The notes under the pieces are model-generated. The model made no database searches and was not told where the DNA came from. It saw nothing but the letters and a program-made list of their open reading frames with translations. DNA of 54,385 bases from NCBI RefSeq assembly GCF_964194025.1, contig NW_027449238.1:1-54385 (forward strand), read 5' to 3'. Within the stretch, counting starts at the first letter, position 1. Each line of letters opens with the position of its first letter. The translations under genes were made by a program, and so were the position numbers. The stretch comes from Convolutriloba macropyga (Eukaryota). Shown here piece after piece: positions 9,621 through 20,025 of the stretch.

Positions 9621-12600
9621 TGTCGTGCAGGACGAGTACAGGTACTGTATGGGTACAGCATTGTGTTGTACTGATCTGTACTGGTACTCGTACTATTTTG
9701 CAGATGCGGTGCTTGTAGGGTACGATACTCGTACGTACCATACAGTACGGTACCGATATGCATGTGTGCTGCGTTGTGAGTAGTTGTACGTGTGTACTCG
9801 TACCAGTAGGGTACGTTTACATGTCGCTAATCACTCTGACTAAAGTACTGTAGGGCGAATACTGCAATCTCCGGAGATGGTGAGATTATTAGCAGTATTA
9901 GAGACCGTACGATCTACATCGGATGGTCAGGAGTGTCTGTCAGTGAAACTGCAAGTCAAGAGCCTGTAGGCTAAGTAGGATACTCAATATAAGCGAGTGC
10001 TGAAATTGTGTAAACCATCTTGATTTGTCACACACACACTCACATACTTCAACAGGTTATGGGCCCTCTACTCTCTACTACGCTATACTTCTGACTACAG
10101 CGAGACTTCTTGGAGACTTCCTGACTTCGAGACTTCCTGACTTCGAGGCTTCGAGGCTTCGAGACTTCCTGACTTCCTTCCTTCGAGCCTTCTTCTTCAG
10201 ACGTATCTTCCTGTGGAGAGCTTCGACTACGAGTGTGTGGAGCTGTCGACTTCGAGATCGAGATCGAGTGTTTTCTTGCAAGTGCTGCGAGTTGTGCAGC
10301 TGGGCAAGGAGTGGCGACGAGCACGAGACCTGCTGTCTGTGGTTACTCGTCTCCCTGTGTTTCTGGGCGGTGCTGTGTGTCGAGTGCCTGCCGATCTGTG
10401 CGCGAACCCTGCCTTGTCGGCCCTGTCGAGCGTGGAGACGTCTTTCCGAGTGGCGTTCCTGTTGCTGTTGTTCGGCCTGTTGGCAGTGGCGCTACTGTCC
10501 GTGACCGCGAGTACCTGCACGTGTTTCGGTGCCTGTCTGCTGCTCTTCGACCTATCGACCGATCTTGTTTCGTCTGCCTGATTCTCCTCGCGACATCATG
10601 GCCGAGACCGTGAAGGTGCCGACGTTTTCGGGCAAGGCCGCCGACTTTCCTGTCTTCCGAACCAAGTTCACTGCTTACGCCGACGCTCTGGGGCTCGGAG
10701 GTGTGTTGGACTGCGAGGACGACGTCACCACGGCCCAGCAGAAGCGGCTCTACAGCCTGCTGGTCCTGGCCCTGCCTGAAGCTGCCCTCCATGTCATCCG
10801 CAAGGTCGAACGCAAGTCTGTCACTGCTGGCAACGATGCGTGGGAGGCCCTGCTGCACCGCTACGAGCATGACGGCATCCACCGGCGCGGTGACCTGCTG
10901 AACGCCCTGGATGAGAAGCAGCGCCCCGAGGAGACCTGCATGGACTTCTTCAACCGCCTCGTGGATCTTCAGGCACAGCTTGGGCGAGTCGATGAGGAGG
11001 TGCCAGATCGCCGCCTGGTGATGAACATCATCCGAGGTCTGCGCCCCGAATATGCCGCCATGACCGACACCATCAACGAGAGAGACTCTGCGGTGACAGT
11101 GGAGTTCATGGAGACCCTGCTGGCTACCACTGGACAGCGCATCGAGCGCCGCCTGGGTGAGCAACGCGAGCCTAAGCCTGCTGCTACAGCGTTTCCTGCG
11201 TCTGGTGAGGAGCCCGAGGATCTGCGGAGCATGATGCAGAAGCTGAAGCAGGAGGTGGCAGCTCTGACAACCTCCAGACGCCGCAACGGGGGAGGCAGTG
11301 AGTTCAAGGGCACCTGCTGGCACTGCGGCGAGTCTGGACACCGTCGCAAGGACTGCCCCAAGAAGAGCACTCCCAGCGCCAATGCTGCGGACCTGGAGGA
11401 CTCCAAGGCTGTGGCGTTTCCTTCAGTGGCTCTGTCTGGCACGGGCTCCAAGGTGGCTTCACTGGTGCAGGGCGAGGTGGAGACCTGGATGTGGCTGGTG
11501 GACAGTGGCGCCAGTCATCACATGACCAGCGTACGCGAGGACTTCGTCGAGTTCCGACCCATTCCACAGCAGTGGGTGAAGGGCATCAGCGCCTATGCTA
11601 CAGGCATGGGATCTGTCCGACTGACGATGCGAGCCGAAGATGGGGAGGTAGTTCCTGCTATGCTGCACGACGTCTACTTCGTGCCGGACCTGGCGGCGAG
11701 AGCAATGAGCAGTCACCACCGCCTCTTCAGCGTCACCCAGGCCAGGCAGCGCGGCCATCGGATGGTGTTCGAAGATCCGTGTGATGTGCTGTGTGTGCAT
11801 GAGAGACATGGAGGCGGCATTCGAGTGCCACTGCGGCGTGACTTCGGGCTGGTGTGGCTGGCTGCTGGCATGACCACCCGCAGTGCCGACGTCTCGGCCT
11901 GTCCTGCAGCAGCCCCGCCAAGCAAGCCCCTCTGGCACCTTCGGCTTGGTCATCTGAGTGAGTCTTGCATGGACCGGATGCGGCGCGCTGGAGCTACTGG
12001 CCTGACCTTCGATGCTTCGGAGCGGTTGTGCTTCTGCGAGTCATGTGCCGTCTGCAAGTCCCGAGTGAAGGCCATTCCGCGGGAGCCGTGCGCAGATCCG
12101 GAACGTGTCTTCCAGCAGGTTGGCGTGGACTTCTGCGGGCCGATGACTGTGCCAGCGCTAGGAGGCGGGCGGTACAGCTTCTTGGTGACGGACTTCAAGT
12201 CGCGCATGCTGCTGCATGATGTTCTGCGGACCAAGGACGAGGCGCCGAGATCCTTCCGAGGTGTTCTGGACGCTGTGCGCAAGCTTGGGCACAGAGTGGA
12301 GCATGTTCGCCTGGACAATGACAGCGTGCTGCTGGGGACCGACTTCATGACGGTGCTGCAAGAGCATGACATCACCCATGACCTCATCGCGCCGTACTCA
12401 CACTGGCAGCACGGCCGTGTTGAGCGGCAGTGGGGCACCTTGGTGCCGATGGCCCTGGCGATGCTGCACACTGCAGGCCTGGAGAAGTGCTTCTGGGGCC
12501 TGGCCATGAATGCCGCCGTCCACATGCGCAACCGATCGTGGAGCGAGGCCGCTGGAGGACCGCCGCTTGAAATCGTTACCAAGTGCCCAGTGGATCTCAG

Positions 12601-15082
12601 TCGTCTGCGTGTCTTCGGGTGCCCTGCATATGTCCACATCGACAAGTCTCGTCGGCGCAAGCTGGACGACCGCGCGTGGAGAGGCATCTTTGTGGGCTAT
12701 GCTACAGACTCGCCGGTGTGGCTGGTGTACAACCCGCGAACTCGGCGAGTGGAGCGCAGCCGCAACGTGGACTTCGATGAGATGGCGCTGATGGGATCCG
12801 TCAGCGTGGGGGAGAAAGCGCCGTCTGCTAAGGACGATGACGGAGTCCCAGTGTTCTTCGAGGAGCCTGTGGAGCGCTCTGGCGGCGACACCACTTCGGG
12901 GGAGCCAACTTCGCCTTCATCTGCCTCGGGGGAGCCGAGTCAGGCAGTACAGGAGTCGGGGGAGCCAAGTCAGCCTGCTGTTGAGCTCCGCCGCAGCTCG
13001 CGCGCCAGACAGCCGCCGACTGAGTGGTGGATCAGCCAGCCTGCTGTCAACCTTGCTGCTGCTGCCGGAGCCGTCCCTCATCAGGAGCCGGCCTCGTACA
13101 AGCAAGCGCTGCGGAGCCCGCAGGCTGAGCAGTGGAAGGCTGCCATGGAGACTGAGTACGACGCGCTGACGTCGCGCAAGACTTGGAGACTGGTACCCCG
13201 ACCTGCAGGACGCAAGCTGGTGGACTCCAAGTGGGTCTACAAGCTGAAGCGCAACCCTGACGGCAGTATCGCCAGGTACAAGGCTCGGCTTGTGGCCCGT
13301 GGCTTTACCCAGGAGCACGGCGTGGACTACCAGGAGACCTTCGCCCCCACGGTGAAGGTGGCGGCCATCCGAATCATACTGGCGTTGGCAGCGCACTTCG
13401 ACTGGGATGTGGAGCAGATGGACGTGGTGACAGCCTTCCTGGAGGCCGACATCGCCGAGGACATCTACATGAGGCAGCCTGAGGGATACCGCCAAGTGGA
13501 CCAGCATGGCGACGAGCTGGTGTGCAAGGTGTTGAAGTCCATCTACGGGCTGAAGCAGGCTCCACGCAACTGGAACAAGACTGTGTCGGCGTGGTTGGTG
13601 GAGTATGGCTTCAAGCAGTCGACTGTGGACCCGTGCATCTACACCTTCGCTGCTGCTGGAGACCTCTACATCCTGGCTCTGTATGTGGACGACAGCATCA
13701 TGGCGGGACCGCCAGGCAGCTTCATCTCCGACTTCAAGCGGGCGTTTGGCAAGCGCTTCAACGTGCAAGACCTGGGGCCGGTGTCTTGGCTACTGGGCAT
13801 GACTGTGGAGCGTGACCGAGCAGCTGGAGTCCTCAAGGTGGGGCAGCGTCAGTACATCCTCGACATGCTGGAGCGCTTCAACATGTCGGACTGCAAGCCC
13901 GTCAGCACTCCCATGACCGTGGGTGCTCTGAGTGAGGCAACTGCCAGTGAAGTGCTGTCCCCAGATGTGCCGTATCAGAGTCTCATCGGGAGTCTGCTCT
14001 ACGCATCTGTCAGCACCAGGCCAGACATCACCATGGCCGTCAGCCATCTCAGCCGGTACATGGCCCGTCCTTCCACTGTACACTGGGAGCAAGCCAAGCG
14101 AGTGCTTCGGTACCTGCAGGGCACTCTGGACTGGCAGCTGGTGTATGGAGCCGGTGAGTCCACGGCGACCTTGACAGGCTACTCAGATGCTGACTTCGCT
14201 GGAGATGCAGACGGACGACGCTCTCGCACCGCCTTTGTGTTCCTGCTGAATGGCGCGGCGGTCAGCTGGAAAAGTCAGCGACAACCCACAGTGGCGCTCT
14301 CCACTGCCGAGGCGGAGTACATGGCTCTGACGGCTGCAACTCAAGAGGCTGTGTTTCTGAGGCAGCTGTTGCAGGAGATGGGGCAGCCTCCGGCATCTGG
14401 CACACTCATCCACGAGGACAACCAGAGCTGCATTGCCCTCTGCAAGAACACCATGACCACTGGCAGGAGCAAGCACATCGAGGTGAAGATGCACTTCTGT
14501 CGTGAGAAGCAGGAGAGCGGCGAGATCGTGGTTGACTACTGCCCGACTGAGGAGATGTTGGCTGATGGTCTGAGCAAGCCGCTGGCTGGAGAGAGGCACA
14601 AGAAGCTGTTCAGGAGCGTGATGGGCTCGAGTGAGTAGCGAGGGGGAGTGTCGTGCAGGACGAGTACAGGTACTGTATGGGTACAGCATTGTGTTGTACT
14701 GATCTGTACTGGTACTCGTACTATTTTGCAGATGCGGTGCTTGTAGGGTACGATACTCGTACGTACCATACAGTACGGTACCGATATGCATGTGTGCTGC
14801 GTTGTGAGTAGTTGTACGTGTGTACTCGTACCAGTAGGGTACGTTTACATGTCGCTAATCACTCTGACTAAAGTACTGTAGGGCGAATACTGCAATCTCC
14901 GGAGATGGTGAGATTATTAGCAGTATTAGAGACCGTACGATCTACATCGGATGGTCAGGAGTGTCTGTCAGTGAAACTGCAAGTCAAGAGCCTGTAGGCT
15001 AAGTAGGATACTCAATATAAGCGAGTGCTGAAATTGTGTAAACCATCTTGATTTGTCACACACACACTCACATACTTCAACA
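9621..15082 (+). mobile_element. Full-length copia copy 2 (5,462 bp); LTRs 9621-10054 and 14649-15082; 5-bp TSD GCCTC
   Basis: gcctc at 9616-9620 and 15083-15087; LTRs appear identical; PBS and PPT present. Confidence 0.98.
10598..14638 (+). CDS. Copia Gag-Pol polyprotein, intact
   Basis: Same as copy 1 except EQAKR versus EQAER. Confidence 0.97.
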   Translation: MAETVKVPTFSGKAADFPVFRTKFTAYADALGLGGVLDCEDDVTTAQQKRLYSLLVLALPEAALHVIRKVERKSVTAGNDAWEALLHRYEHDGIHRRGDLLNALDEKQRPEETCMDFFNRLVDLQAQLGRVDEEVPDRRLVMNIIRGLRPEYAAMTDTINERDSAVTVEFMETLLATTGQRIERRLGEQREPKPAATAFPASGEEPEDLRSMMQKLKQEVAALTTSRRRNGGGSEFKGTCWHCGESGHRRKDCPKKSTPSANAADLEDSKAVAFPSVALSGTGSKVASLVQGEVETWMWLVDSGASHHMTSVREDFVEFRPIPQQWVKGISAYATGMGSVRLTMRAEDGEVVPAMLHDVYFVPDLAARAMSSHHRLFSVTQARQRGHRMVFEDPCDVLCVHERHGGGIRVPLRRDFGLVWLAAGMTTRSADVSACPAAAPPSKPLWHLRLGHLSESCMDRMRRAGATGLTFDASERLCFCESCAVCKSRVKAIPREPCADPERVFQQVGVDFCGPMTVPALGGGRYSFLVTDFKSRMLLHDVLRTKDEAPRSFRGVLDAVRKLGHRVEHVRLDNDSVLLGTDFMTVLQEHDITHDLIAPYSHWQHGRVERQWGTLVPMALAMLHTAGLEKCFWGLAMNAAVHMRNRSWSEAAGGPPLEIVTKCPVDLSRLRVFGCPAYVHIDKSRRRKLDDRAWRGIFVGYATDSPVWLVYNPRTRRVERSRNVDFDEMALMGSVSVGEKAPSAKDDDGVPVFFEEPVERSGGDTTSGEPTSPSSASGEPSQAVQESGEPSQPAVELRRSSRARQPPTEWWISQPAVNLAAAAGAVPHQEPASYKQALRSPQAEQWKAAMETEYDALTSRKTWRLVPRPAGRKLVDSKWVYKLKRNPDGSIARYKARLVARGFTQEHGVDYQETFAPTVKVAAIRIILALAAHFDWDVEQMDVVTAFLEADIAEDIYMRQPEGYRQVDQHGDELVCKVLKSIYGLKQAPRNWNKTVSAWLVEYGFKQSTVDPCIYTFAAAGDLYILALYVDDSIMAGPPGSFISDFKRAFGKRFNVQDLGPVSWLLGMTVERDRAAGVLKVGQRQYILDMLERFNMSDCKPVSTPMTVGALSEATASEVLSPDVPYQSLIGSLLYASVSTRPDITMAVSHLSRYMARPSTVHWEQAKRVLRYLQGTLDWQLVYGAGESTATLTGYSDADFAGDADGRRSRTAFVFLLNGAAVSWKSQRQPTVALSTAEAEYMALTAATQEAVFLRQLLQEMGQPPASGTLIHEDNQSCIALCKNTMTTGRSKHIEVKMHFCREKQESGEIVVDYCPTEEMLADGLSKPLAGERHKKLFRSVMGSSE

Positions 15083-15479
15083 GCCTCCCAGCCCAGGGAG
15101 GCGCCTCCCCGGTGGCGGAGCGGCTTGCCCCGTCTAGGCGTGCCCCCCCCCTTGCAGGGCCAGCACATCTCCTCCCGTACGATCATTGATGCGACTGAGT
15201 TGAATCCCTCCCTCGACATACACCCCACTGGGAAGTACGCTGCCAATTCAGTCCCTGCCCTCAACCCGGTGGAGCAAGGACGAGTCAGCATTCATGACCC
15301 AGACGGCAGGGCGGTGTCCCCCTACTGCCTTTCCCTAGACAGATACCAATGGCTGTGGGCTCAGCATAGGCGACATGCCCCCCCACAGGCCGACTTCCAC
15401 CAGGACCTGGCCAGACTCTTGCGCAGATACCATCCCAGGGCAAAGACAGTGAACCCTCAGGGAGCATGCCTGGACCTGA

Positions 15480-15960
15480 AGAACCATTGGTCGTTGCAGC
15501 TCTCTCTCACCGAGGATAACCACCGCACGTTTAGCACAGAGTGCGAACTGTTCAGCAGCCCCCTGAACTGTAGCATGGGCAGGGACCTGGCATGCTGCTC
15601 CCCGTTCCAGGAAGATGCTAGGTTCGGGGCTGTGGTGAACTCGTTTGGGTATCGGTGGACTGGTTCATGTGTGGCCAACCAGGAGTATACTGCCGCGGAT
15701 ATGCGGCAGGCTATGGAGCACGCGATCCGCTCGTCAGTCTCGACGGAGAACCCTTTCCTCTGCCTGCTTGTCCTCCCGGCCTGGGATGATTCGCCATGGC
15801 GCAGCGCCGGGCTTCTCTCCCACAGGCCTGTGCGCCGCCTTTTACAAATCCCCCACGGCAGGTTCCGGTTTATACCAGCTCATATGCACAGGGGTAGACC
15901 CGGCTGCCCTCACGCCAGCTGAGTGTGCGGTAGACGTAATGCTAGTGGCCAACGACCGGG
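15480..15960 (+). pseudogene. PCIF1/CAPAM-like N6-adenine methyltransferase domain of element B
   Basis: ECELFSSPLNC..CSPFQEDARFGA..GSCVANQEY..MRQAMEH..PFLCLLVLPAW parallels PCIF1 ECFASPLNC..CSAF..FGS..GSFEANPPF..MVSH..PLSFIVFIPEW (recalled, not aligned by software). Confidence 0.82.
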
Positions 15961-16236
15961 GGATGTCTGAATACATTGACATGACCGCGCTGGAACACAC
16001 CCTGGTTCCTGCCCTACGGCATAGCTGTGCCTTTAAAGACCTACATGTTGAACTATTCCCCCCGATGCAAAATCAGGGGGAAGGTATACAGCCAAGAACC
16101 ACACGCCCAGCCCCCCTTACCGTCCCGCATGGGTCTCCACCCCCCATGCAAGGGCTTGGATGACCCCCTCTGGCCAAGAGACCCCACTCTGGAGGCATCA
16201 GCAGAGGATATACGCCCCCTCCCCCAAGATAAACCC

Positions 16237-17175
16237 TTGGTGGTGGTGGAACTGTGCGCTGGCATTGCCACGGGGCTGGAAGCCCTTCTCAGAGGGGGAC
16301 ATTACATATCGTCGTATACATGGGCGGACATCAACCCAGATGCTCACCAAGCCACTGGACACAGGCTCGCTAAACTGCAGAGGCGGTTCCCGGCACAGCT
16401 CCCCCCTACTGCGGTGGAGGGATGGGACAGGCGCATACCTTTCAACGTCAACTGCATTACCCCGGAACTGCTGAGCCCCTCTTTCCCGGACGGCATCGAC
16501 CTGGTAATAGCGGGGCCCCCCTGCCAGCCGTACTCTACCGCTGGGATACAAAAGGGGCTCGGTGACCCGAGAAGTGGAGCGCTCATAAATATGGCTCGGC
16601 TTATAAGCTATTTGCACTCCACGCAGAGGAATGGGGTTAGATATATCATTGAGAAGGTTCCGGGCACTGAGAGGCACCCAGAGGTGGCAAGAATGTTGGA
16701 CGCCCCGGTCAAGCTGGATGCCCCGCCGTGTGGGTCGGCTGCACGCCGGAAGACACTATTCTGGCAGAATCTTGCCCCTGTAGGCGAGATCCTCTCTCAA
16801 TTCAAAGCTCTCCCGCCCTTCACTGCTACAGTAAATGAGGTCCTCTCCAGGGCGGGTCTCAACAACTGGCGCTCACAGCCGCAGACCCTAGGAGTGACTT
16901 GCTTCCCCGGGGACCCATACAATGTCCCGGGGCAGCCCCAGTGAGCCATCCCCAAAATGGTGTGCTTCGAGGGCTCCCACGCTTTTCCTTTCAAAAAGAT
17001 AAGAGGGAGGACGCTGCCAGGGCCTGGCATGTTATACAAGGGCAGCGATCTCACTGAGCCCGATGCGGACGTGGCTGAGGCTCTGATGGGTTTCGTGTTA
17101 GGGGACACAGCTGCCACGGGGCTGTTGCCGGCCCAGCGCCGCCACCTCTTCGGACAGTGTATTGACATAAACCTG
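16237..17175 (+). pseudogene. C5-cytosine DNA methyltransferase domain (DNMT3-like motif style), split by one in-frame stop at 16942
   Basis: Motif I ELCAGIATG; II ADIN; IV AGPPCQPYS; VI IIEKV (ENV variant); VIII RRKTLFWQNL; IX EALMGF..DT; X RRHLFGQ. Confidence 0.9.
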
Positions 17176-17484
17176 TTTTCCTGGCTTATCGCCACTGCCT
17201 CCCCCCGCACGACCCCGATTCCCCCCGTCCTCCCGCTCGCAGCGAGACACACGGTGCCGAAGGAGCAGGCAGGCTGCTGCAGATCGCTGCGGCCCAAGAG
17301 GCGGGCCGTTGGGGAGGGGCCCCTCTGCCGTGGGACTGTATGCACCCCCTGGATGCCCCATCCTGTCCACACTCGCCATCGAAAGATGATAATGGCCCCG
17401 CCCTACCCTGGGGCCGAGGTGATCGCTCTGTTGTGCCTGCCCCCTCCCCCCCGTGCCGCCCTCTTGCCCATAATGCCTCTGCTT

Positions 17485-17885
17485 GGGTATACACAGATGG
17501 TTCCAGGAGCGAGTCGTCTTCGACACTGGGAGCGGCGGTGGTACACATGCCATCTGACACATACATAAGAGTGGCCTGCACGGGGGAGGCAGAATGTAAC
17601 ACGGGTTTCAGAGCTGAACTAGTGGGCATACATTCCTCTCTGTGTGCGTTTGAAAAGGCTGAGCACCTGTACGTCCTAAGTGACTGTGCGTCTGCCATTC
17701 AGGCGATGGAAGCCTCCCTCCTCCGCCCCCATGAGAAAGGGTACCATCATCACAGGCCCCTCCTACAAGCCATCTGCTACGGCATCGCAGACACGGACAG
17801 GAGGGGCTGGCATACGGTCATCAGAAAGGTCAGGGCTCACGTTGGAATTGAAGGGAATGACCTGGCGGACTGGCATGCTAAGTTT
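17485..17885 (+). pseudogene. Ribonuclease H domain of element B
   Basis: WVYTDGS, NTGFRAELVGI, LSDCASAI, KVRAHVGIEGNDLAD (D-E-D-D plus H). Confidence 0.93.
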
Positions 17886-18483
17886 GCGGCCAAAAACCCA
17901 TTGGGAACGGAGGAATACCACGTAAAGGTGCACACCCTGGGGGCAGTGCCGACCAGACCTAGCTACTGGCTCTTCTATGACCCCGCCAAACCTGCTGCAC
18001 ATGATCCTGGGGCTGAGGTTCTCGCAGCGCTGGCGGGGCATCCGTCCCAAAAGCGTAAATCTCCGGATGTAGGTGAGGCAGCGGACACTACCGTCCAGAA
18101 GAGGCCTTCCCCCACCCCGGCAACGGATGCCCGGCCTTCGGCCTCGCAGAAAAGGCAACTGGGAGCCGTCCATCAGCCTCCCCCTCCCGACGTAGAGCCT
18201 GAGCCTGCCCGGTATGCATTCACTGACCCGCAGAGACAGATTAGAGCTAAGGTCAGGCCCCAAGTGCTGGAGCTTACTGCTGCAACGTCCCTCTATAGAC
18301 GGTTGATAGTGGATGCCAAGCAGAGAGGGGATAGGATAGACGAGACAGCTGCAGGTGAGCTGCGACAGACAGGAAGGCAGGCACAAAGACGCCACCCGGA
18401 TCTTCAAATTTCTGTGGGGAAACCCTAAAGTACTATAATGGCAAGCTGGCTAAGAGGTATGGGCATTCGGCCAATGATAGGCG

Positions 18484-19460
18484 TGCCCTCTGCGCTTTGC
18501 CTGAGTCGTGCACTCGAATAGGGGCGGGCTGCCCTGCCCTGGCACCCCATTACCTCCTTCGCCATCAGGCCGCTGTCCAGGCGGTGCATCTGTTTATCCG
18601 AAAGAGTGAGAAGGGTGCAGGAGCCCTGTTTGGAAACCCGTGGACCCTGGTCTCATGCGACGGGGGGAGTGAGTCGACTGGGACAAGAGATATTACACTG
18701 CAGAGAATAGTGCCGGACGCTGCCGCAGCTACGCCGCCTGCAGGACCCCACAGACGCTGTGACCCTAGCCTGTGCATACAGGACTGTCTGCCGTCTCTCA
18801 GATCCTATGCTCCGCTGGCTGAATGTGCCTCCGCCCCCAGGTACCTGAATGAGTGGGTCTTGCCCCTGGGGGAGAAGCAACGCCTGATCTCTGAAGGAGC
18901 GGGGCTGGCCCCCGACATTGTGTACGCCAGGGGTGTACCCAACTTGACTCCCCCTCCCCTGCACTCCTATACCCCGCGCCAGTGCAGCCTGCTGCTGGTT
19001 GAGGTGGGATTCCGTCAAGATCTGCGGTTGCAAACGAAGGAACAGCTTAAACTGGGCAAATATGAGGCTTTGGTTCAAGCCCTACAGCGACGCTGGGGCA
19101 GGGTGAAGCTCATAGGGATCCCATAGGGATAGGAGGCACAGTGTCAGGGGAGACAGCCCAGGAGCTGCCACTGGCTTTGTGTACAAAGCGACCTAACCTA
19201 ACAGGGGCACCGGGGCCTCCCGGTGGCAGTACCACTGCAGCATCTAAGAGATCGGAACAGGGGGCGGTGAAGACGGAGTGGGCGCCAGGGCTCTGAGGGC
19301 TACGAGGAAGGGAATGCGAGGCCTGACCAAGGAGCTAAGGAGCCTGGCGCAAGAGCACCTATTACACGTCCTGCGAGCACGAGTATGTAAGCTGCTGAGC
19401 GCCGGAGACTCGGCCGGGGGAGGCACCGGGGCCCCCGCTTTAAGACCAAAAAGTAAATAA
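18484..19460 (+). pseudogene. Zinc knuckle, restriction-like PD-(D/E)xK endonuclease and C-terminus of element B
   Basis: Degenerate CxxC..(H to R)....C, RHQAAV, APDIVY, LLVEVGF..D, K..KYEAL; ORF ends ~19460. Confidence 0.8.
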
Positions 19461-19593
19461 CCGTTCGGGGAGCAGTCCCGTAGCCTGGCTGCTCCCCCGT
19501 ACGTTCTTTTAAGGCTACTAGGTACTACCCTGGTACTTAGGGCTGGGTGCTGATGTCTACATGTTCCCTGCCTAAATGCTCCTCCTCCTACTA

Positions 19594-20025
19594 TATATTA
19601 TATATAGACGACGGGATAGCCGACAAAAACAGTAGAATCAAATATCGTTACGGGGCCGGTCCGTTGTACGCGACTAGAACATACTGATAATATACTGTAT
19701 CGTTACGCTGTGGCTCATTAGTCCCGGGTGGCTCATTACTGATTCTAACGGGTACCCCGCGGCGAAACTGGAGTACGCTGCACGGAGCGTCGGGGGCACA
19801 GGCGTCGTTCCACCAACATTATGGACGGCGCGGAATACGGAAGATCATTTAGGGGGACTAGTGGGGCATGTTCTGGTTGGACAGGAGGGCGGTTCGTATA
19901 GTGTCCCGACTTACAGAGCTGAACGCATTGGAGGCCTTTACGTTAAATGCAGCCAAGGAGTTCGGTACGCATGCCTCCTGCGCGGCCTGAATGATCCACT
20001 GGATCATATCTGTGCCAACCCAACT
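19594..20025 (+). repeat. Copy 2 of the ~420-bp direct duplication flanking element B
   Basis: Matches 6983-7405. Confidence 0.93.

Larger units (their letters stand above)
7404..19593 (+). mobile_element. 5'-truncated, degenerate RLE-bearing non-LTR retrotransposon B (Dualen/RandI-like RT-RNase H-RLE backbone) with PHD and two methyltransferase domains; interrupted by copia copy 2
   Basis: Collinear plus-strand fragments: RT, PHD, PCIF1-like MTase, C5 MTase, RNase H, Cys knuckle, RH..PD..E nuclease, then 3' UTR and (CCT)n-CTA tail; several frameshifts and stops. Confidence 0.88.

Noticed and set aside
987-15082. Copia copies 1 and 2 as a tandem segmental duplication
   Set aside because: Identity stops exactly at the LTR ends and copy 2 has its own TSD.
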